Virus record (IMG/VR): IMGVR_UViG_3300032053_000007
Reading direction: 5' to 3' (one strand)
DNA: 64,000 nucleotides
Source: a virus
Taxonomy: Duplodnaviria > Heunggongvirae > Uroviricota > Caudoviricetes
The notes below the pieces were generated by a model. The model was not told the origin of the DNA. It made no database searches and saw nothing but the letters and a program-made list of their open reading frames with translations. Shown one piece after another: positions 26,659 to 35,725 of the stretch. Position numbers and translations under genes: made by a program. How positions within the stretch are numbered: the first letter of the stretch is position 1; every line of letters starts with the position of its first letter.

Positions 26659-26928
26659 ATGCAAGTAGAAAAACACGACAAATGGAATGCAAAAATAGGT
26701 TTCATAGTTCCAGAAGAGAAGCAACGGGGAGCAGAGTATCATTATACTGCTTATGCAGAAGGGAAAACTCCTAAAGAGTTGCGAAAAGCGATACGCGAGA
26801 AGATAAAATATCTTGAAAACAACGGAAGAGTAGTGAAAACGATTGAATTAGTTCACGATGTTAGTTTGGCTCTTATTTTTTCAAAAGAAGAATATCTAAG
26901 CGGAAAGGCAAAGGGGAAAAGAGAATGA
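26659..26928 (+). CDS. hypothetical protein (about 89 aa)
   Basis: Internal ATG of track ORF 26599-26928. Confidence 0.45.
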   Translation: MQVEKHDKWNAKIGFIVPEEKQRGAEYHYTAYAEGKTPKELRKAIREKIKYLENNGRVVKTIELVHDVSLALIFSKEEYLSGKAKGKRE

Positions 26929-27242
26929 TAGACCCCTCAATGCTTTTCAACATTTCTAACATTCTCTTTCTGCTTGGCACATCTGCGCTGATTAGGGCAG
27001 TATTGAAGAACCGAAACATCTTGAAAGGCTACGATTGGCTAGGGGCATTGCTAACTTTGTCGGCGATGGCTTGCGTTCAGGGAGCGTATATTGTCTTTAT
27101 CGGACAGGGTTTGGGAAATTATTGGGTTTCATTTTTCTTCGCTCTTCCAACAGTTGCATATTGGGTTCTAGTCACAGTTTACTCGGTAAAGAACAAAATA
27201 CAAAAAGGCAAAATCGAAATCAAAGAAATAGAGGACGATTGA
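26925..27242 (+). CDS. membrane protein (105 aa)
   Basis: ATGA overlap; 3 TM helices. Confidence 0.5.
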   Translation: MIDPSMLFNISNILFLLGTSALIRAVLKNRNILKGYDWLGALLTLSAMACVQGAYIVFIGQGLGNYWVSFFFALPTVAYWVLVTVYSVKNKIQKGKIEIKEIEDD

Positions 27243-27243
27243 A

Positions 27244-27477
27244 ATGTTCGGATGGGGAAAGAAAGATAAATGCGATAGTTGTCCAACAGCGAAAATTTTA
27301 GAGGACGCAATGAGATTAGAGAGCGAAACGATTCGTACTTACCGCGACAGAATGGAAACACTTACGAATTATCTTCACCATTTCGAATTACGATACTTAG
27401 ACTTGAAAGAGGAAAACGAAGGTTTAAGAAAAGAGTTAAAGAAGTTGACGGGAAAAGAAAAGGTTCAATTCACTTGA
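27244..27477 (+). CDS. coiled-coil small protein (...EKVQFT)
   Basis: Junction motif outside the arrays. Confidence 0.5.
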   Translation: MFGWGKKDKCDSCPTAKILEDAMRLESETIRTYRDRMETLTNYLHHFELRYLDLKEENEGLRKELKKLTGKEKVQFT

Positions 27478-27487
27478 GTTGATTGAA

Positions 27488-27679
27488 ATGTCCGAAATAA
27501 AATTCGTAGGTACTTTCCATTTAGGCGAAAGATTCTACGCGATGCTTTCTAATCTAGCTTTCTATTTCCAGATAGGCATAGTTCCAAACCCAAAGATAGA
27601 ACATTTTATCTATTTGCAGATAGACTTTGAGGACAAGAAGATTCATTGGAGATTCTTTAAATTCACTAATTTAAGGTGA
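27488..27679 (+). CDS. hypothetical protein (63 aa)
   Basis: GTTGATTGAAATG start context. Confidence 0.4.
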   Translation: MSEIKFVGTFHLGERFYAMLSNLAFYFQIGIVPNPKIEHFIYLQIDFEDKKIHWRFFKFTNLR

Positions 27680-27684
27680 TTGAA

Positions 27685-27894
27685 ATGTCTGAAAAACAAA
27701 AAGCACAAGCACAGGGAATACTAGACGCGCTGAAAGAATTAGGTTACTTGTCGATTGAATATGATTGTGGACATAGAGTAACCGTTTCTATAAGTGCTGG
27801 CGATGCACAGCGTTCAAGACCGAAAGCAACTGCGCTGGCTGTTGTAAAACTTCGAGAAATTATCCTTCAAGCGATAGTAAAGACAGAGGAATAA
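27685..27894 (+). CDS. hypothetical protein (69 aa)
   Basis: GGTGATTGAAATG start context. Confidence 0.4.
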   Translation: MSEKQKAQAQGILDALKELGYLSIEYDCGHRVTVSISAGDAQRSRPKATALAVVKLREIILQAIVKTEE

Positions 27895-27896
27895 AA

Positions 27897-28841
27897 ATGA
27901 GCGAAGAACAAAGTAAAAAAGAACTAGAGGAAAGAGCTAAATCTGTAATGGAGAGAATGGAAGAGATAATCGCTAAGGCTCAGAATGATGGAACGCTAGA
28001 GAGTTTTAACAAACCAATTCAACTTACTAAAGACTTTCTGACCACTAGACCGAACGATGCAAAGATAAAGACACAAATAGCATTATTCAAAAGCAGAACC
28101 TTCCTAGACAATTTCTTCTTAGACAAAGACGATAAACCTATGGGGGGCATTCCGAAAGTTGCACAGATAGGTGTGGTCGGAAACCCAGATGTCGGCAAGT
28201 CTTTAATCGCTCAGGAAGTTGCGCTCAGATTAGCTAGTGACGGAAACAAAGTTATTTTCACAACTAGCGAAGATATTTTCCAAGCTGACAACGACAGATT
28301 TGATTTGCAGAGTCGAATGAAACAGATGGCAACTTTTCTGGGACTGAGTTGGGAAAACATAAAGCAGAATCTTTTTGTGCTGGACGTTATTGCACACGGC
28401 GAACTTAGAGAATGGAATACACTTGTTTCAACTTATCGCGTACTCGTAGAACAGGAAAAGGCTGAGTTTCTAATTGTCGATTCGTTAACTCTCCTAGATG
28501 ATTATCGTGCTGGACTGAAATTCCACTTAGGCGAATTTGTCCGCTATAATCAGAAGAAAGGCGTGACAGGAATCTTTATCTCACAGAAAGCAAATGAGGA
28601 ATCAGTTGACCAACACGGACTTGCAGGGGGCATTGCATTAAGCCATTTGCTAGACGTGGAGTTTGAAATCAACTTTAAGAAACTCTCAAGTTGGGACGCT
28701 CAAATGAAAATCGACACCGAAGCAAAACAAGGCGAACTTCTACACTTCATACGGGTTCTCAAGTGTCGGCTAGGCAAGGCTGATATGCGATACCACAAAC
28801 TCCAAATAAGTAAAGATGGGATACTTCAATTAATCAAGTGA
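27897..28841 (+). CDS. RecA-superfamily ATPase (KaiC/RadA-like)
   Basis: Walker A GNPDVGKS, Walker B FLIVDSLT, KaiC-like GGIPKVAQIGVVG. Confidence 0.55.
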   Translation: MSEEQSKKELEERAKSVMERMEEIIAKAQNDGTLESFNKPIQLTKDFLTTRPNDAKIKTQIALFKSRTFLDNFFLDKDDKPMGGIPKVAQIGVVGNPDVGKSLIAQEVALRLASDGNKVIFTTSEDIFQADNDRFDLQSRMKQMATFLGLSWENIKQNLFVLDVIAHGELREWNTLVSTYRVLVEQEKAEFLIVDSLTLLDDYRAGLKFHLGEFVRYNQKKGVTGIFISQKANEESVDQHGLAGGIALSHLLDVEFEINFKKLSSWDAQMKIDTEAKQGELLHFIRVLKCRLGKADMRYHKLQISKDGILQLIK

Positions 28842-28846
28842 TTAAT

Positions 28847-28963
28847 ATGTTGACCGAACTTCAATTCTACGGCTTGATGGCTCTCTACTTTCTCGGTGTG
28901 GTTATATTCGCTCACTTGAAGTATGAGAAGCACAAACCCCCAGAACCGTTCAAACGTGATTGA
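28847..28963 (+). CDS. small membrane protein (38 aa)
   Basis: Hand-translated. Confidence 0.3.
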   Translation: MLTELQFYGLMALYFLGVVIFAHLKYEKHKPPEPFKRD

Positions 28964-28995
28964 GTATGGTCTTTCTAGGGAAACCTTTATTAGTT
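28962..28995 (+). promoter_or_regulatory. promoter module (weak TATA CTTTATTAG)
   Basis: TGAGTATGGTCTTTCTAGGGAAACC. Confidence 0.4.
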
Positions 28996-29028
28996 ACGCT
29001 GTTATAACATAAGTATAAAGTGGTTGAA

Positions 29029-29136
29029 ATGACAAAGAAGATATTGGGCTACACAACTCAATTCGGAAAAGTTTGCGAAATCGTTGAGAAGGATAAAGAA
29101 ATAGTTGTCGAAGAAACAAACATAGATAGTGACTGA
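29029..29136 (+). CDS. 35-aa mini-protein
   Basis: GGTTGAAATG start context. Confidence 0.25.
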   Translation: MTKKILGYTTQFGKVCEIVEKDKEIVVEETNIDSD

Positions 29137-29138
29137 AG

Positions 29139-29408
29139 ATGGAAACAAGAAAACGAAAACTCGAAAGCGAATTGACGAAGATTGCAGAGATGGAAAAAGA
29201 ATCAAAACAACTCAGAACTTTTGAATCTTTTACAGACAAAGAAAAGATAGAATATTTCCGTAAAGTTTACGCATTCGCCAAAAAAATCATGGACGAAAAA
29301 CTCGGCGAAGATTGGTGTGAAGATAACGATAATGACCACTATGCTTTCGAGTTAGTTATGGAAATCTTCGGCAAAGACATTTGGAAACTCTACAATGGAA
29401 GCGATTAA
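29139..29408 (+). CDS. hypothetical acidic protein (89 aa)
   Basis: Track ORF. Confidence 0.45.
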   Translation: METRKRKLESELTKIAEMEKESKQLRTFESFTDKEKIEYFRKVYAFAKKIMDEKLGEDWCEDNDNDHYAFELVMEIFGKDIWKLYNGSD

Positions 29409-29586
29409 AATGAAGTGTCCTAATTGCGGAAGTTCAAAAATCGCATACGATGTGAATCGTTCAAAGTTATCGAAGAAAGCAAAGGCAGAAGCGTACAGGC
29501 ATATTGAGGGAATAGTAAAGTCAGAGGGTCGGACAGATTTTCACGCAACATGTAAAAAGTGTGGCTATAAAGGAGAAATAAGATAA
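29395..29586 (+). CDS. Zn-ribbon protein (63 aa)
   Basis: CPNCGS...CKKCGY. Confidence 0.5.
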   Translation: MEAIKMKCPNCGSSKIAYDVNRSKLSKKAKAEAYRHIEGIVKSEGRTDFHATCKKCGYKGEIR

Positions 29587-29843
29587 TGGCACACGTTAGA
29601 CTTAGAAATCGGGAAACTCCAAAGAGTGAAATAGAATGTCAAATAGGGGAAACGGTTAACCCAAAAAAGGTTTGTCCGAAATGTGCTTATGCAACGGGAT
29701 GCTCTGATTATGAGAATTATCTAAGCGAAAGGCATAGACGACATCAGGTATTAACAAAAATCAAACTAGAATTACAATATCGGTATTGGCAACTTAGAGT
29801 TTGGCTTGACAACTACAAACTGAGGTATTGGAACTATGAATAG
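29586..29843 (+). CDS. small protein (85 aa)
   Basis: CPKC; TAATG overlap. Confidence 0.45.
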   Translation: MAHVRLRNRETPKSEIECQIGETVNPKKVCPKCAYATGCSDYENYLSERHRRHQVLTKIKLELQYRYWQLRVWLDNYKLRYWNYE

Positions 29844-30057
29844 CGGTTGTAACTGTCACGAGTGCAACGGTTGTCGTGAAGTTCCCCGTAAAATGCTCAA
29901 AGAAAGACTGAAAATAATTCGAACACAAGATAAACGAATCGAAAGGGATTTAGAAAAAATGATTGCTCAAGAAACCATTCGAATACTGATAATGAATATA
30001 GGTGAACTAATAGAATATTCAGACCTATACCTAGAAAGCAAAGGTGTTTTCAGATGA
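29836..30057 (+). CDS. small protein (73 aa)
   Basis: CNCHECNGC. Confidence 0.45.
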   Translation: MNSGCNCHECNGCREVPRKMLKERLKIIRTQDKRIERDLEKMIAQETIRILIMNIGELIEYSDLYLESKGVFR

Positions 30058-30317
30058 GCGAATGTCGAGAACATCATTGGGGTTCTAACGGGCGATGCTC
30101 AGTTTGCAGTATGCAAGCTAGATATTACGGTGAAGGTATGGGAAATTTGAGGGCTTGGTCGAAAAGAGAAATTGTTGGCGATAAGGCTCATTATGAAAGT
30201 TGTCTTGAATCTATGAAGTGTCATCCTCACGTTCATTGGTTACACACATCTCACATAATGTTGCCAACTGAGAAATCTCCACTAGCACAACTTTACAATA
30301 TGGAAGGGAACCAATAA
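30054..30317 (+). CDS. small C/H protein (87 aa)
   Basis: ATGA overlap. Confidence 0.45.
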   Translation: MSECREHHWGSNGRCSVCSMQARYYGEGMGNLRAWSKREIVGDKAHYESCLESMKCHPHVHWLHTSHIMLPTEKSPLAQLYNMEGNQ

Positions 30318-30469
30318 TGAACAAAATAAATTGGAAGAAAGAAATCCGAGATTGGCGAAATTGGGTGTGGATTGGTATGTCTAGCTTTGGAACTTGGATA
30401 TGGTTTCTTAGTTGGGTTACTTCACCACAGGGACAGCAATTCATTCAACATCTGGGGCGTTTAGCATGA
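30317..30469 (+). CDS. Trp-rich small membrane protein (50 aa)
   Basis: TAATG and ATGA overlaps. Confidence 0.35.
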   Translation: MNKINWKKEIRDWRNWVWIGMSSFGTWIWFLSWVTSPQGQQFIQHLGRLA

Positions 30470-30678
30470 ACGTAAGATGTATGAATAGGGGACAATTACG
30501 AAAACATCTTGCCATTTGGGATTATCTGGGAATATCCGAAGAGGAATTTCGAAAACGTGCGCTATATGGGTCGTGTGTCAAATGCGGTCAAACAGCAAGA
30601 GTACCAGATTCTTGTTTGTGTTTAGCGCACACGAGAGGATACCACAAATGGAGAAACACTAGAGAGCGAAAACTATGA
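30466..30678 (+). CDS. Zn-binding protein
   Basis: ATG in ATGA overlap (track ORF 30412-30678); CVKCGQ...CLCLAH. Confidence 0.45.
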   Translation: MNVRCMNRGQLRKHLAIWDYLGISEEEFRKRALYGSCVKCGQTARVPDSCLCLAHTRGYHKWRNTRERKL

Positions 30679-30839
30679 ATCAAGACGAACGCCGAGCATT
30701 GAAACTTCTTCGTGAACGATGCTTCTTAGTTGACGAAATGGAATTTAGAAAGTGGTGCGATAGCAGAGTAAAAGGCGAACGTGAAGGGCAATTACAAATA
30801 TCAGAACTTTGGTTAGCAAGGAATAGGTTGAATCAATGA
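30675..30839 (+). CDS. small protein (54 aa)
   Basis: ATGA at both ends. Confidence 0.35.
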   Translation: MNQDERRALKLLRERCFLVDEMEFRKWCDSRVKGEREGQLQISELWLARNRLNQ

Positions 30840-31060
30840 CTAAAGAAAGACATTGTATTCGATGCGGACGGAGAATCTTTAATCCTTCGGACACTTGTTT
30901 TGAATGCAATAAAGAATGGCAGACGTATATGAAAACTCATCCTTTGAAAACTAACATAGATTATTCCAGAGATAACGTAGAACAAAAACTTAGAGAAATG
31001 AGAGAGGAATCAAACAAACGCTGGAAAGGCTTTATTAGCGAAAAGGTGATGTTCACTTGA
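30836..31060 (+). CDS. Zn-ribbon protein (...KVMFT)
   Basis: CIRCGR...CFECNKEW. Confidence 0.5.
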   Translation: MTKERHCIRCGRRIFNPSDTCFECNKEWQTYMKTHPLKTNIDYSRDNVEQKLREMREESNKRWKGFISEKVMFT

Positions 31061-31197
31061 AGTGGACAGTTGTAACTAGCAAACGTAAATTTGAAGTTAA
31101 GGCTAAAAGAAAAGCAGACGCGGAGCGAGAGGCGTGGAAACTAGCCGAGAAAGGCGAAGAAATTCTTTTTGTCGTTCCTAAATTTCCCTCTGACTAA
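31057..31197 (+). CDS. small basic protein (46 aa)
   Basis: TTG in TTGA overlap. Confidence 0.3.
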   Translation: MKWTVVTSKRKFEVKAKRKADAEREAWKLAEKGEEILFVVPKFPSD

Positions 31198-31213
31198 TTA
31201 ATCAGGTGTTTAA
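31198..31213. promoter_or_regulatory. degenerate palindromic site TTAATCAGGTGTTTAA
   Basis: One mismatch in the right arm. Confidence 0.35.
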
Positions 31214-31215
31214 CC

Positions 31216-31485
31216 GTGAGTGAAAAAGTAAAACAATATCTGCAATGTGGATGCAAAACAAAATTTATTCTTCTTGCTAGAGAGGAACACGAGAAACTTC
31301 ACAGAGATGCGTTTATACATTCTCTTGCACTATATAATGGTGCGATTGTTCACAACAACGTGGCACTACTTCATAGCGGAGAATCTTATTATCCTTCTAT
31401 TTCACTTAATTTAGGGGTTCGCCGTTTAGCTTGGCAAAGACGAGTTGAAATCTGGAACGAACCCGAACGTGTTCAATTTACTTGA
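31216..31485 (+). CDS. small protein (...RVQFT)
   Basis: GTG start; junction motif. Confidence 0.45.
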   Translation: MSEKVKQYLQCGCKTKFILLAREEHEKLHRDAFIHSLALYNGAIVHNNVALLHSGESYYPSISLNLGVRRLAWQRRVEIWNEPERVQFT

Positions 31486-31520
31486 ACATGGACTTTCTTA
31501 GCGAAGGTTTATAAGTGACG
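31484..31520 (+). promoter_or_regulatory. conserved promoter module
   Basis: TTGAACATGGACTTTCTTAGCGAAGG-TTTATAAG-TGACGCTGATAACTTACT. Confidence 0.5.
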
Positions 31521-31553
31521 CTGATAACTTACTTTCAGTAAGGTCGAGAATAA

Positions 31554-32450
31554 ATGAGAAATATACTAAAGAATAAAAACGGCGAATGGAGCATTATTCG
31601 AATTGCTATTGTTGTCATCATTTCCGCATTTCTAGTGTTGACAGGCGTTCTAGGAATCAGGACTGTTCCAAGCGGTTACATAGGCGTTTCTACTCAATTC
31701 GGGCAAATTACAGGCACAACGGGTGAAGGCATTCATTGGGTCAACATTTGGTTTGGACAAGACATAGTGAACATTGACTTGCAGATTCATAAAGCAGAAC
31801 TAGCAAACATGTCTTGTGGAACTAACGACATGCAAGAAGTCACAACCACAGTTGCAATAAACTATCGAATTGAGTCTGGATTTGCAGAGGATATTTACAG
31901 AACACTCCGCACAGATTGGGAATCACGGGTTATAATCAACAACATGCAAGAAAGTCTAAAAGGTTCAATCTCTACTTTCAAAGCAGAAGAACTTCTCCAA
32001 AAACGAGATGCAGTAAAAGTTCTCTTTTTAGACACACTTCGCTCACGAATAAAGGATTATCACATAACAGTCGTTGACGTTCAGCTAGAGAACTTCGCAT
32101 TCTCAACAAAGTTCAACGAAGCCATTGAGAACAAAGTAACAGCCGAACAGCAAGCAATCACAGAAAAGAACAACTTAGAAATAGTTCGCTATCAACAGGA
32201 ACAGGAAATTCTCAAGCAACAAGCACAAGCAAACATGACAAGAATTGAAGCAGACGCATACGCATACGCAACTTTGGCAAAAGCCAATGCAGACGCGGAA
32301 GCATTGCAATTAATCGCACAGAAACTAAATGTTAGCCCAGAATATCTTCAATATCTCTATCTGCAACAATGGGACGGCAAACTGCCGACCTATTACGGAA
32401 GCGGTATAATTCCGTTCTTCCAACTGCCAACCAATTCGACAACTCCATAA
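31554..32450 (+). CDS. SPFH/band-7 (prohibitin/stomatin/HflK-like) membrane protein
   Basis: N-terminal TM; SPFH-like core; Ala/Gln-rich coiled-coil C-terminus. Confidence 0.55.
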   Translation: MRNILKNKNGEWSIIRIAIVVIISAFLVLTGVLGIRTVPSGYIGVSTQFGQITGTTGEGIHWVNIWFGQDIVNIDLQIHKAELANMSCGTNDMQEVTTTVAINYRIESGFAEDIYRTLRTDWESRVIINNMQESLKGSISTFKAEELLQKRDAVKVLFLDTLRSRIKDYHITVVDVQLENFAFSTKFNEAIENKVTAEQQAITEKNNLEIVRYQQEQEILKQQAQANMTRIEADAYAYATLAKANADAEALQLIAQKLNVSPEYLQYLYLQQWDGKLPTYYGSGIIPFFQLPTNSTTP

Positions 32451-32537
32451 AATCTTCCTTTCTTTTTTTGTATATGGGTTTTCTTAGTAAACATTTATAT
32501 AGAGGATTGTTATAGTATTCTAGTAAGGTCGAGAAAA

Positions 32538-33218
32538 ATGAAAAAAAGAAATTTGATAATAATCGCGCTTTTGATTGCGTTAGTGATACCAATAGTGATA
32601 GTTCCAGCATTTGCTTCTGACGACAATGATAAGCCAAATTGCAATGACGGTGACGATGGCAACTCTTGTAACAACAAGACCAAAATAATCTACGTGGACA
32701 GAATTGTTTACGTCAACCAAACGGTTGAAGTTCCTGTTTACGTGGACAGAATAGTGTACGTTGACAGAGTTGTTGAGAAAATCGTTTACAAAGACAGAAT
32801 AGTGGAAAAGACTGTTTACATTGACAGAATAGTTGAAAAGATTGTCTATGTTGACAAAGTTGTTGAAACAGTCGTTTACGTTGAAGTGCCAATAGAGGTC
32901 ATCAAAGAAGTCATTAAGGAAGTGCCTGTCGAAGTCATCAAGGAAGTCGAAATAATCAAATACTGCAACAACACGGTCTATATCGAAGTGCCAAAAGAAG
33001 TCATCAAGTACATCGAGAAAGTCCTTTACGTGAACAGAGTTGTTTACGTTGACAAGCCATTCTACGTCTATATCACCGACAACAAGAAAGACTGTAACCC
33101 ATGTTGGCTCTTGATAATCATACTGACTTTCATACTAGGACTGATAATTGGGGCATTGCTCAACAATCGAAAGTGTGTTTGCGTCAAAGAAACCAAAAAC
33201 AAAAATACCAAACAATAG
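32538..33218 (+). CDS. secreted/membrane-anchored tandem-repeat protein
   Basis: Signal/TM at N-terminus, about 10-11-aa repeats (DRIVYVDRVVEK...) ×12, C-terminal TM. Confidence 0.55.
   Translation: MKKRNLIIIALLIALVIPIVIVPAFASDDNDKPNCNDGDDGNSCNNKTKIIYVDRIVYVNQTVEVPVYVDRIVYVDRVVEKIVYKDRIVEKTVYIDRIVEKIVYVDKVVETVVYVEVPIEVIKEVIKEVPVEVIKEVEIIKYCNNTVYIEVPKEVIKYIEKVLYVNRVVYVDKPFYVYITDNKKDCNPCWLLIIILTFILGLIIGALLNNRKCVCVKETKNKNTKQ
32690..33080 (+). repeat. roughly 30-33-nt coding tandem repeats inside 32538-33218
   Basis: GACAGAATAGTKTACGTTGACAGARTTGTTGAGAAAATCGTTTAC reiterated. Confidence 0.6.
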
Positions 33219-33388
33219 AGCATTTTTTTAATTGCTCTCTATATTTCTCTTTTTTAATCTAGTTATCCATTTTAGGGCATACTGCTTTAATTTTCTGTAA
33301 CTTTAAAACATAACAAACTCTTCTGGTTTTATATATGAACCCTTCTTAAACACTACTACTGTGGGCGGAACGGCAAATTTGAGAAATT

Positions 33389-33404
33389 TTAATCAGTTGA
33401 TTAA
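33389..33404. promoter_or_regulatory. palindromic site TTAATCAGTTGATTAA
   Basis: Perfect inverted repeat. Confidence 0.5.
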
Positions 33405-33446
33405 TTAATTTATTGGAAAGACCGTGGAATTTTTTCCAAAGTCGAG

Positions 33447-33462
33447 TTAATCAACTGTTTAA
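33447..33462. promoter_or_regulatory. degenerate palindromic site TTAATCAACTGTTTAA
   Basis: One mismatch. Confidence 0.35.
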
Positions 33463-33507
33463 AAAAGTGGCTTTTGATGGCACAAGGGCTTGGACAGACG
33501 GTTATAT

Positions 33508-33545
33508 TGGCATGGATGTTCTAGGCAAAAGTTTATAAGGGACGC
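33508..33545 (+). promoter_or_regulatory. conserved promoter module
   Basis: GGCATGGATGTTCTAGGCAAAAG-TTTATAAG-GGACGCTGATAATATA. Confidence 0.5.
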
Positions 33546-33562
33546 TGATAATATATCCTAAT

Positions 33563-33853
33563 ATGACAACAAGAGAAGATGCAATAAAGCACATTCAGAA
33601 TTATAACAAGCCAAACGAACATATCTGTCTAATAATTTGGAATGTTGAGGACGTTCTGGGACGGGCAAAAGACAGGGGTATGAAAATTACCAAAAATGAA
33701 GCAGAGGAAATTATTGACATAATGGAACATAGACATGACGCAACAATAGGTGTAACTTGGGATACTATTGACTGTTATCTAGGAGATTTAGATGACAAAC
33801 GCCAAGAAGAGGAAAAGGCAAAGAATGGGGCAGAAAAGGTGTCCTTCACTTGA
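33563..33853 (+). CDS. hypothetical acidic protein (...EKVSFT)
   Basis: Junction motif; stop inside the next promoter module. Confidence 0.5.
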   Translation: MTTREDAIKHIQNYNKPNEHICLIIWNVEDVLGRAKDRGMKITKNEAEEIIDIMEHRHDATIGVTWDTIDCYLGDLDDKRQEEEKAKNGAEKVSFT

Positions 33854-33890
33854 GTATGGGGTTTTAGGGCAAAGGTTTATAAGGGTCGAT
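33852..33890 (+). promoter_or_regulatory. conserved promoter module
   Basis: TGAGTATGGGGTTTTAGGGCAAAGG-TTTATAAG-GGTCGATGCTATTAATA. Confidence 0.5.
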
Positions 33891-33916
33891 GCTATTAATA
33901 ATTCAGGGTAGATTAG

Positions 33917-34174
33917 ATGACAAAGAAAAAAGAAACATTAATGCGTGATTTGAGTGTTAATCCAGAAAACGAAATGGATATTGAAACGGCAGTTCAAAAG
34001 CTAAAAGAAAGACAACGTAGAGCAATGCTTGTTCGAGATAAACGTATGGAAGAGTTTTCAATGTTCCGTTCGAAGAAACTTGCGTGTTTTTGGATTTTCG
34101 GGGGTTTGTTGTTAGCTTTGGCATTCATAGAGTTTATGAATGTACTATTAAGCAGTATGGCAACACCACTTTAG
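33917..34174 (+). CDS. small protein with C-terminal membrane anchor
   Basis: Track ORF. Confidence 0.45.
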   Translation: MTKKKETLMRDLSVNPENEMDIETAVQKLKERQRRAMLVRDKRMEEFSMFRSKKLACFWIFGGLLLALAFIEFMNVLLSSMATPL

Positions 34175-35041
34175 GTGAATGGAATGACCGAAACAGAAAA
34201 TAAAATCGCGGTTGAAATATCTGAACCCGATAAGGTTCAAGAAATGAGCGATGCAATACTTGAAATGATAGTGAAGAACCTAGTCGATAACGGAAGATTG
34301 CTTGTTATTGGGCTAGGGGGAACGGGCAAGACAAACGCCGTGAAGCACATAGTAAGATACATTCGAAACTCACAAAGATATAAAGAGGGAAAAATAGTAA
34401 TTCGAATAGGCGATAGTGCTAATACATGGAAACTCACATTTGATGAAATACCCTACGTTGACATAACAAAGAAACCGAGCATTCCAGAGGACGAGAAAAC
34501 AGTTTTGCTTGATTTGGGATTCTTATCAACTGCAAAAAATGTTAGCCTAGTCGAAAACTTAGTCGGACAAGACTATTACATTCAGAGAGAATCAATGAAC
34601 AAGAACAACGGGACGGCAGAAATCCAGAGAATCTACGTTCTGGAAGAGATTCAGAACTTGTTTGGTTCTTACAAGAAATCTGACTTCTGGTTGAAGATTT
34701 GGAGCGAATCAAGAAATTATAGTCAATTCTTCATAGGAATAGGTCAACGTCTGAGTGACATTTCTACTCAGATAGTTGAGCGCACAAAATATCTACTGAT
34801 AGGTTCTCTCGCTGGCGATAACGACATCTCGAAATTGAAAAGGGCATTTGGTTCAGAGAAGGGACAGAGAATAGCAAATGTAGTTATGAGTTTGCGAAAA
34901 GGCGAATTTCTCTGGGTTGACAGAGAGGGCGAAAACTCTATGAAAATTTCGTTTCCAAAGTTCGAACAGAACGGTAAACCTTATGAATTTAACGACAAAA
35001 CCATTAACACAAGGATTCATGCCGAGAGAGTTTTCCTATGA
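34175..35041 (+). CDS. P-loop NTPase (possible packaging/assembly ATPase)
   Basis: Walker A VIGLGGTGKTNAV; 288 aa. Confidence 0.5.
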   Translation: MNGMTETENKIAVEISEPDKVQEMSDAILEMIVKNLVDNGRLLVIGLGGTGKTNAVKHIVRYIRNSQRYKEGKIVIRIGDSANTWKLTFDEIPYVDITKKPSIPEDEKTVLLDLGFLSTAKNVSLVENLVGQDYYIQRESMNKNNGTAEIQRIYVLEEIQNLFGSYKKSDFWLKIWSESRNYSQFFIGIGQRLSDISTQIVERTKYLLIGSLAGDNDISKLKRAFGSEKGQRIANVVMSLRKGEFLWVDREGENSMKISFPKFEQNGKPYEFNDKTINTRIHAERVFL

Positions 35042-35183
35042 ATTTCTGGAAAGTTTATCAGAAATGGGTTTTGGTTACGGGCAATATTATTGCCTATTAC
35101 ACCCATTCTGAATTTCTTCTTTTCCTTTTTTTCCTTCTCAATGACCCATTAATAGTTTTAGCATTGAAAGGGAGAACAACAGA

Positions 35184-35405
35184 ATGATTAAGGTCAGATG
35201 TGCGAATTGCAAAAAAGAATTTTACTGTAATGGTAATGATATGTGTTCTGTCGGCATTCGAGTTTCACAATTTCACAAAAAGATACATGAATGTTATTGT
35301 GAAGAATGTACGAGAAAACAACGCTTAGATACCGCGAAAGGAATTAAAAAATGCGGTTACAGAAAAGTTGAGGACGTAGAACCAGAAATGGTGAAATTCA
35401 CATGA
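35184..35405 (+). CDS. Zn-ribbon protein, CxxCxxxFxC...CYCxxC family (...MVKFT)
   Basis: CANCKKEFYCNG...CYCEEC. Confidence 0.55.
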   Translation: MIKVRCANCKKEFYCNGNDMCSVGIRVSQFHKKIHECYCEECTRKQRLDTAKGIKKCGYRKVEDVEPEMVKFT

Positions 35406-35725
35406 TTGTCGGATTAAAAATCTTAGATGATTTTCAAGTTGGGGACGCGGAAGAGTTAGTCGAACAACTGAGAAAACGCGGTTTGCTAGATTTGACTCTT
35501 GAACAAGTGAAAGAGAAAGTTAAGAAAGAATATAATGGCACAGATTTTGAGGACGTAGTTTGTAACGATGATTGTATAGACTATATTCTCAAAGATTTAG
35601 CTGACGGTTGTTTTTATTGGGAATACCACAATAGTTCAGAACAATTTACGATAAACATAATTGACCCTAATAAACCATTCACTAAAGACGGTAAAGAACC
35701 AAAGGTTAAGGTGCAATTCAGTTGA
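35402..35725 (+). CDS. acidic small protein (...VKVQFS)
   Basis: Junction motif. Confidence 0.5.
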   Translation: MIVGLKILDDFQVGDAEELVEQLRKRGLLDLTLEQVKEKVKKEYNGTDFEDVVCNDDCIDYILKDLADGCFYWEYHNSSEQFTINIIDPNKPFTKDGKEPKVKVQFS

